In this document: positions 23,501-32,500 of the stretch, one piece after another
Numbering within the stretch: the stretch's first letter is position 1
Layout of the letters: each line of letters opens with the position of its first letter
Assembly: GCF_004010195.1 (NCBI RefSeq)
Contig: NC_057719.1
Location: forward strand, 51,865,583 to 51,909,278
Length of the DNA stretch: 43,696 nucleotides
From: Chiloscyllium plagiosum
Taxonomy: Eukaryota
Direction of reading: 5' to 3'
Program-made: the position numbers and the translations under genes
The notes under the pieces: generated by a model
What the model was told of the DNA's origin: nothing
Database searches by the model: none
What the model saw: the letters and a program-made list of their open reading frames with translations, nothing else

Positions 23501-26500
23501 CCACCCCCTTGAGACTGGATCTAGCAATTTAGACAAGTAGGCAACCAGTTGTTTCATTCCTCCCCATCGCTGGGTTAGGACCCCTAGAGTCACTCCCCTA
23601 TCCACTGTGGCAAACAAGTGGAAGGGCTTGTCTAGGGAGGGTAATGCAAGGTAATGCTCCCTCTTTAGTTCTTCATCTGTCCAATTCAATATTTCAGGTT
23701 CTTCCTCCAATAGTTTCAGATATAATTTCTTTGTTTTCTGTGCATATGGGTCTATCCATAATCTACAGTACTCTGTTAACCCCAAGAATTTTTGCAACTC
23801 CCTTTTGGTCTTGGGCAGTGGTATTTCCACGATGCCCTTTATTCTTTCTGGGCTTATTTTTCTTTTTCCTTTACTGATTAGATGTTCCAAATACTGAACT
23901 TCCTTTTCTACATACTGTAATTTCTTCTTGGAGACCCTCAATCCTTGTTGTCCCAGAAAGTTTAGTAATTTGTTTGTGGCCTCTATTGCTTTGTCTCTCT
24001 TCCTGCCTGTTACCAGAAGATCATCTACATATTGTAACAGAGTAATCCCTTCGGGACTACTAAATTCCTCCAAGACTTGTTCCAACACCTGACCAGAGAG
24101 ATTCAGGGATTCAGTGAATCCTTGTGGGAGTACTGTCCACCTGTACTGTTGTTTTCGTCCTGTCTTTGGATCCTCCCATTCAAAGGCAAACATATTCCTA
24201 CTTCCTTCTGTCAGTGGACATGCCCAGAAGGCATCTTTTAGATCCACTACACTGAACCATTTATGGTCGTGGGGAATCTTACTCAATAGTGTATAGGGGT
24301 TAGGGACCACAGGGTGGCGGACTTGTACTATTTGGTTCAACACCTTCAGGTCTTGTACCAGACAGTAAATACCGTCCGATTTCTGTACTGGAGTAATAGG
24401 GGTATTGTAAGGGGACATGCAGGGCTCCAATAATCCATCCTCAATCAACCCCTCAATTACCAGCTGTAATCCACTGCGTCCCTCTGTTGAAATTGGATAC
24501 TGTCTTTCGCATACTACGTCTCCCTCTCTCTTTAAACTGATCTCCAAAGGACGTATTTGTAATCCTCCGCGATTCCCTTCCCGAGCCCATACCGTGAGTT
24601 CTATTTCTCTCTCCTCTTCCTTGGTCAGGACGGCCATTTGTATCACTAATATCTGGTCCCATACTCCAAGTTCCAGTCCCAAGAGTATGATTAAATCCCT
24701 CCCCAATAAATTACTTCCAATATCAGGGATATATAACAGTTCGCCTTCAACTGTCTCTTCTCCACTTTCAATCATCATAGGTTTAAAACTGGGACGGTAA
24801 ATCCCTCCCCTTTTACCCCAGAGATAGTTAATATTTGCTTCGAAATTCCCACTCCCCTGGGCTTGAAATTTAGAGATGACCTCGCTGACCCCGTATTGAC
24901 TAAGAAAACTACATCCTTTAAGGTTCGGAGATGCCGGTGTTGGACTGGGGTGTACAAAGTTAAAAATCACACAACACCAGGTTATAGTCCAACAGGTTTA
25001 ATTGGAAGCACACTAGCTTTCGGAGCGACGCTCCTTCATCAGGTGATCAGGTGACAATCACCTGATGAAGGAGCGTCGCTCCGAAAGCTAGTGTGCTTCC
25101 AATTAAACCTGTTGGACTATAACCTGGTGTTGTGTGATTTTTAACATTGTACATCCTTTAAGTTTATCAAGGTTTCCTGGTGGGTCCCTGGGGGCAAGAG
25201 CCCCTGACACCCCTATTCTTCATCAAAGTTCAAAAGCGGTATCGCCCTCTCTTCCCTTTTCAGATCAGGACATTCCCGCTTAAAGTGACCTGTCTTTCCA
25301 CAGTAGTAACATCCTGCCTGTGGGGATTTCCACCTTAATCCCTGTCCTTGTCGACTGGACCCCCTTACGGGTCCTCCTCGTCCTCTTCCCCTACCTCTAT
25401 TTTCAACATGCTGCCAGCCACCACTCCGGTTGCTTACTATCGGTTCAACTCTTTTCTTAACTACTTCATCAACCGTGGCTACCATCATTTTTGCCTTCTG
25501 TTTTAGCTTCTCATCCTCTCTTCTCACAAACACTTGCTGAGCTTCCCGCAATAACTCATCCAGGGGCTTTTCACTCCACTCCTCTATCTTTTGAATCTTT
25601 TTCTGAATGTCTGGCCATGATTTTGTTACGAAATGTACCCTCAGTAGCCCTTTTGCTACTGATCCTTCTGGGTCTATTCCAGAATACTTTTTCTTAATCT
25701 TTGGAGAAAGGCCAAGGGGGTCTCATCCCTTCCCTGGCACACTTCAAACGCCTTTGTCAGATTTTGTGACTTTGGTGCCGCTTCTCTGATTCCCTTTAAT
25801 AATAAGTCTTTAAACTCTTTCATTTCCTGTCGATGATCTTCATTTTGATTATCCCACCCGGGGTCCCTAAGGGGAAACTTAGCTTCACCTACTCCAGCCT
25901 GCCCGTCCCCAACTGGATGCTCCCTGTCCCAGATCTTAATTGCGGCTCCTCTAATGAACCCTCTTTCCTCTCCGGTAAATAAAATGTTTAATATACTCAT
26001 TAGTTCCACCCAAGTGTATAAACTGGTACCCAGAAATTGGTTGATTTGTTCGGACAATCCCACCAGGTCTTCTATGAGGACCTTTATTTCCTTCTTAAAG
26101 GTCCGCATCTCCCCACTCGTTAGGGGTGCACTTACAAACTTGATTTCCTATCCCCTTTTGGGACTTCACAGAGAGGATACATAGTGGAACTTCCTTGTGG
26201 GTCTTTGTCCAACTTTTCCTTCTGTATTTCCTTTTGTTTGCAGGTAATCATCCCTGTCGTTCTAGTTTCCCCCAGCCCTGGCCCTGGTCCTGACTCTGGC
26301 TCTGGCCCTGTCGCTGCTGCCGATTCCCCTGTCCCTGCTCGTCCTGAGTCCCCTTCTGCCTTATTTACAGGTTCATTATATGGGGGCGGCAGATTATCTA
26401 ACACCTCCCATGGAGGCGGCGCCGTGGGAGAGTCTTTCTTCTCTGTTTTAACTAAATGAATATTTGTTCCTGAACCCCTCTTCCAACATGAAGCATAATC

Positions 26501-29500
26501 TGATTCCTCCTGACTGAGGGGCTGTTTACTGTTAACATATAAGTTCAAATATTGACAAACCCAGTCCTCGTCCGAACCATACTTTGGCCAGAAGACGGTG
26601 GGAGGAAGAATGGGCTCCTTAGTCCATACAAAACAACAATATTTAATCATCTTCTTCCTATCCTTTTCCCTTGTACAAGTATTATGTTTCCAATTCCTCA
26701 ACATCCTCCCTAATGGACTTTCTGGAGATATGTTGTCAGGGACCCCGCCTCCATTTCCATTTCCTTTTTCTCTGGAGGCTTTTTCCTTATCCTCGGCACT
26801 GCCCATATGGAGTTCCTTTGTTAGTCCCTTATTAACTCCTAGAACTCAATCCCAGCCACAAAAGCAGTACTTAAAAGTCAATTTTCTTACCTTGGTCCAT
26901 GCACAGAGTTGCCTTGCTCAAGGTCTCCCTGTGCCTACAGTATTACCACCTAACTCTTTCCTGGTTCAGAATGACTCCCTAAGGATTCTGGTCAGTCTAC
27001 CGGGAGGGGCACCCACCGTTGAGGGAACGGGACGCGTCTTCCCAGCCGTCGACGGTGCCTACTCCACCGGTGATGACAGGATCTCGGACACGAGCCCCCA
27101 ATTGTGAGAAACGAAGCTCACTGTTCAATAATTTCAGTCCGAGTCAAATTCTGAAGCAGTCTTGATTCTTACGTTCTTGCAAGCCGGGTGACCATAAAGT
27201 AGGCACCTAGATCAGGAGGTTACATTACAATTTATACAGTTCAGTTGAGTCTCTTGATACTCCCCTTTTACTTCATATCTGATAGTTGTATTGCTCTGTG
27301 CAGCTGCTAATCTAATCGGCTTACCACATCTGTCTGTGGCCTGTTGTTGGCGTGCAACCCCCCCTCCCCTCGATAGCTGGGTCTTATTACTTTTGCTGAC
27401 GCAACACTGGGTCTTATTTGGTTATCTTGTTCATGCTAACTCCCTATGTGCGTGACAATTGCAACTGTCATGTCAATACATCTGTTTCTACCAATCGACC
27501 ACCTCCCTTTTTCCCCAGAGGCTTTTTCTTTACCCTCGGCACAGCCCATATTGAGTTACTTCGTTAGTCCCTTATTAACTACTAGCACTCAATCCCAGAC
27601 ACCAAGGCAGTACTTAAAAGTCAATTTTCTTACCTTGGTCCGTGCATGGAGTTGCCTGGCTCAACGTCTCCCTGTACCTACTGTTCAAGTATTACCACCT
27701 AACTCTTTCCTGGTTCAGAATGACTTTCTGAGGATTCTGGTCAGTCTACCTCCCTTTTCGGTTAGTTATTTCTTGGTATATATCTTCATGATACCGCCTT
27801 GCAAGTTTTGTAGAAGCAAGATATAGCTACTTGTATGCAAGCATATCTAGCTTAACATACATCCCCCCCATGACTCAGCCTTATGATTTTTGCAGAAACA
27901 ACAACCTTCGTAAGGGCCTCTCACAATGCGAATTCAGAGAAAACAGAAAGACTTCAGAAATATAAAAAGTGAGATATTTGATTGAGAAAATTAAAGACAA
28001 TCAGGTTGACGTTTGACCAGTGAGTACTTGTTATTAATTGGATCTAAAATAAGGGTAGATAAAATATAAACTAAGAAGAATGTAAACACAAGCAAAACTA
28101 AATACATTAATTAAAAATTTAAAATAGTTAATTAACATACAATAAAGATGGCTGGGCAGGCAATGTGTTGTGGCTGCAATATGTGTAAGTTGATGGACAC
28201 TTGTGTGATCCAAAGCAAACGACTCTGCAATAACAGTCTGTGAGTCATGAAAGGTCAACTCAGTGTCACTGAGCCAGATATCAAGCTTTAGGCACTGAAA
28301 TGCCTCAGGGAGGGGCAGGTTACCTTGATTCTTTTTGCAGGAGACAGTCCTACTCCTGAAGTGAGGATTATTTGATTTAGTCTGTGTTCAAGGATGGGAA
28401 GGTCTGATTGTGACTGAGCATAAAACAGTGGAGGAGCGTCAACCTCTTCCATAGTCCAACAGGTTCAAGTTTTTGGATGAGTGCAGGGGCTACAAAGGTA
28501 AATGGGTAAAATGATCATGACACTGTAATACTGGAAGTCATTCAAATGAAATGAGCAGTTAGAAATGTAGAAGTGACTGCATTTGAGTCCAACAGGCTTG
28601 CCTGGTGCCAGAGTTCAGGACATCTACTTAGGGCTGAAGAGGAACGTAAGTGAGAGGGGAAGGATTCAGTTGTGATCATGTAGATACCAAAGGCAATATT
28701 TAAGACTAGGTAAGAAGTTTGGCATCAGAAGCATGAGCTGTTAGGGCTAAATTAAAAAATATAACGACAAAGGTAAGAATTTCTCTTAAAACCACATGTT
28801 CTTTTAACTATTACACACTGCAATGTTTGCTGCTAAAGTCACCTTTGCTCACCATGTCACCTGCCATGTATTTGCTCACTAATTCAGCCTGTCCAAATGA
28901 CACTGCAATATCTCTGCATCTTCCTCACGGCTCACCCTCCTACTCAGCTTTGTGTCAATTGCAAGTTTTGAGATTTTACATTTAGTTCCATCATCTAAAT
29001 TATTAACATATATCATGAATAGTACTGATCCCTGCAGTATCTCATTAGTCATTGCCTGCCATTCAGTAAAAAATCTATTTATTCCTACTTGCTATTTCCT
29101 GTCTGTTAACCAATTTTCTATTCATTTCAATACACTACCCCCAATCCCATGTAGTTATTAATCCACTCAATAGCTGGAGTGTAAAATGGATCAAAACTTA
29201 ATCTGATACCTTTTTAAGTACTTTGCACGAAAAGATACTATACATGCATTGGAGTTACAACAGAAAAATAGTCCGACTCAGTATCTACTCTTCTTACATT
29301 AAGCACGGAGACATGTTGTGTTTGAGTACATTGTTAAAAAAATTAACATATTGAAAAATATGCAACACATAGTAGACACATAATCACAAGTGCCTGAAAC
29401 AGAGGAGAAATGATTCCATTCAAATATCAGCATTTTGTCTATTTTATTTGCATATTTGTTTGATGCAAGAACAGCTTTTTCTAGCTGTTACCAGTCTGCT

Positions 29501-32500
29501 GAACGGACCGCTCTGATTTCATAGCTCCATGTGACAACAGTAAATCAAATCAATCATTTACAGCTCGCGATATTATCACTTTAAAATATCCCTGCTACAA
29601 TCACTTTATTGACATTGGATAATCTGCATCAAAACATCAGAGAAATAGTTAGATCAGAGATAGTCAGTGGAGGTCAGCTGTACTTCGATTCAGTTTTCAA
29701 GCATGGCTCCCAAGTTCCAGTCTCCTGTTATGGAGTTCTCCTCCAATTCCTATTCTGAACTTTGCCGCTTACTGTTCCAATGAATTGGAGGAGCTGGTGT
29801 TGGACTGGGGTGGACCAAGTTAAAAATCTCATAACCACCTGGTGAAGAAATAGTGCTTAGAAAGCTAGTGCCTCCAAATAAACCTGTTGGACTATAACCT
29901 GGTGTTGTGTGATTTCTAATTTTGTTCCAATGAAGTTCAACATGAGCCTGAGAAATAACACCTCATCTTTCATAGGGCACTTCACAGCCTTTCAGATATA
30001 ACATGGAGTTCACCAACTTTAGGTCATTACCTCTGCCCACTCACCTTTTTTTTATTTTTATGTGAAAGTTGCCAGCATTTTCTGCTAAGATTTCAGATTA
30101 AGGTTTTTAGTGTCTACAATGCTTTGCTTTTTTATTGATGGTTTTTCAAGTGTAACTGTAAATCTTACCATTTCCTGGATTGTCAGGTTATTATGTAATT
30201 TCTGTAATTCCGCATTCAACTCATCAAGATTTCTTTTCTTCTCAACATTTGCTGCATTCTGATTCTCAATCAGAAGTTGAACATCTGTAAGCTAAAATAA
30301 TAAAAGAAAATCCAAGCTTTATATTTAGAACAATCATGCTAAGTTTAAGCATTTGTTGAAAACTAAATTCAAGTAACATCTAAACTCAAGCAAACAAAAA
30401 TCTCTCCTCTGGAGATATTGACCCACACAGATAGCCTTGAATTTCTTCTGCAAAGGGAATCAGGCATTTAGATGGCAACCTGCCTCCATTCCAAGAGCTG
30501 TTCTGTTGGCCATGTTGACCAATTTTCCTACAAATCTCAGTAAAATTGGCGGAAATTAGTGCATGCAATTGGGGCCAAGAAATGAACTAAATTCAGACCA
30601 TATGCTGAAGTTTTATCTCCTGACACTGAATAAACCCCTGGTAGAGGAATGAAATTGAAGGTGTGAAGGGTTGCATTTTAAAATTGCAGCTCTACTTCTC
30701 GATATTTTTCATTTTTGTTTGGACCACGATCTGCCACAATTCCTAACATATGTTTAAAGTGGCATTGGGTTCACAATTTAAAGCCCTTCTTGGAGCTCAA
30801 ATTTCCATTCCCAGAGAGTAGGTTCCTGAAGCCTGTAGGAACATCAAGTAAGTCAGTCCATGAATCTATGTGTGTACAGTGTGTACAGACCCAATTAACC
30901 ATTAGCTAGTGTGTGAAATGTTCTTGAAACTGAGCATATAAACAGACATATTTTGAAAATCTTCTATGGGAAAAGAAAATAATGTTCATCTTACAATCTA
31001 ACAAAGTACCATTCACATACAGCCATTTATTTTATCAATGACAAAAGCTTTAATTCTTTTAACATTTAATATTGGGCAAATAAACAAATAGGCATTGAGA
31101 AAACATAAAAATAATCTTACTACAATCTTATGACCCCTCCATTTAAAAAGAGAGGTATAAAGAAAACTGGGAATTTTATATCAATCAGCTTGACATTAGT
31201 ATTGGGAAAATGTTAGAGTCCATTCTAAAAGATGTAATAGCAGAGCACTTGGAAAATATGCCAGGATTGGACAGAGTCAGTGTAGATTTATGAAAGGGAA
31301 ATCAAGCTTGACAAATCTGCTGGAATTCTTTGAGGATATAACTAGCAGAGTTGATGAGGGGAAGCCAATGGATGTGGTTTACTTGAACTTTGAGAAGGCT
31401 TTCGACAAAGTTCTACGTCAAAGCATGTAAAATTAGAAGGTGGGGTCAATGCACGGAGATGGAGAAAAAAATGATTAGCAGACAACAAATACAAAATAGG
31501 AATAAATGGGTCCTTTTATAAATAGCAGGCAGTGACCAGTGGGACACCGCAGGGATTAGTATTAGCTAAGACCCCAGCTACTCACAATATACATCTTAAT
31601 GATTTAGATGAGAGAACTAAATGTAATGTCAAAACATTTGCAGATGACACAAAGCTGGATGGGAGGCCGAGCTGTAAGGAGGCTGCAGAGAGGCTTCAGC
31701 GTGATTTTGACAAGCTGAGTGATGGGCAAAGGCATGGCAGGTGCAGCATAATGTGGACAAATGTGAGGTTATCCACTTTGATAACAAAAATATGAAGCCA
31801 ATTATCTGAATGACTATAACTTGTAGAGGGGAAAGTGCAATGAGACCTGGGTGACCTCGTACACCTTTAGGTAAAGATAAACATGTGGTACATAAGGTGT
31901 GAAAGAAGACAAATGGTATGTTAGCCTTCGTAGCGAGAGGATTTGAATGCAGGAGCAGGGATGTCTTACTGCAATTATACTTGTTGAGATAACATCTGGA
32001 ATATTGTGTGCAGTTCTGGTTTCCTTCTCTGAATAAGAAATTTATTGCCAAAAGAGTAGTCCAGCAAAGATTAATCACACTGATTCCTGAGAAAGTAGGA
32101 ATATATTCATTGGAATTCAAGAGAATGATGGGTGTGGGGAGAGTGGGGGATGGGATCTCATAGAAACTTACAAAATTCTAATGGGATTGAGCATGATATA
32201 GCAGGAAGGATGTAGCTTATGGTGGAGTTAAGTACTGAGATGAGGAGAAATTTCTTCACCCTGAGAGTGGTGAGCTTGTGAAATTTGCCACCACAGAAAG
32301 TGGTTGAGACCAAAGCATTATATGATTTCAAGTTGAAGTTAGATTTAGCACTTGGGGCTGAAGGGATCAAAGGATATAGCGAAATATGGGAATAGGCTAT
32401 TGAGTTGGATGATCAGTTATGATCCTGATGAATTGTGGAGCAGACTTGAGGGGCTGAATGGCCTGATTGCTGCTCCTATTTTCTATATTAAACTGTCAAT

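Larger units (their letters stand above)
24923..25153. mobile_element. Penelope pseudo-LTR-derived palindromic insertion in ERV protease gene
   Basis: Inverted arms 24951-25047 and 25057-25153 (96/97 match), 9-nt spacer; 13-bp duplication tacatcctttaag at 24910-24922 and 25150-25162; same sequence family as the pLTR at 37317. Confidence 0.9.
21703..25212 (-). pseudogene. pol: ERV pro-pol (protease, RT, RNase H, integrase), disrupted
   Basis: In frame after the gag amber codon. Protease FLVNTGSARS (DTG mutated to NTG) and LLGRDL; RT LPQG and YVDD; RNase H FIDGSS/SAQTCEL/YTDSRY; IN HHCC and D,D(35)E. Interrupted by a Penelope-derived insert, frameshifts and stops. Confidence 0.95.
20807..27925 (-). 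mobile_element. Endogenous retrovirus provirus, class I, HERV-I/HERVIP10-related, defective (env mostly deleted)
   Basis: Paired LTRs with TGTGAG...CTCACA termini, PBS, gag, pro, pol (RT YVDD, RNase H, IN DD35E), env TM remnant and PPT. Flanks ATGGG (20802-20806) and ATGCG (27926-27930). Gag motifs SPLGRML..W, MIKYCCFVW.KEPI, FWPKYGSDEDWVCQ match recalled HERV-I-group Gag. Confidence 0.95.

Noticed and set aside
24800..24970. N-terminus of the 691-aa ORF (MIFNFVHPSPTPASP...) as a novel pol leader
   Set aside because: It starts inside the Penelope insert and reads the protease out of frame until a frameshift near 24790; the real protease motif is in the other frame.
24951..25153. Palindrome as a miRNA precursor, DNA-transposon MITE or CRISPR-like repeat
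   Set aside because: The arms match the pLTR of the Penelope at 37317 and the TSD is 13 bp; there is no repeat-spacer array anywhere in the window.
26598..27826. Pair of similar plus-strand ORFs (169 aa and 126 aa) as duplicated genes
   Set aside because: They are antisense readings of the ERV leader and its copy in the 5' LTR; no independent coding evidence.
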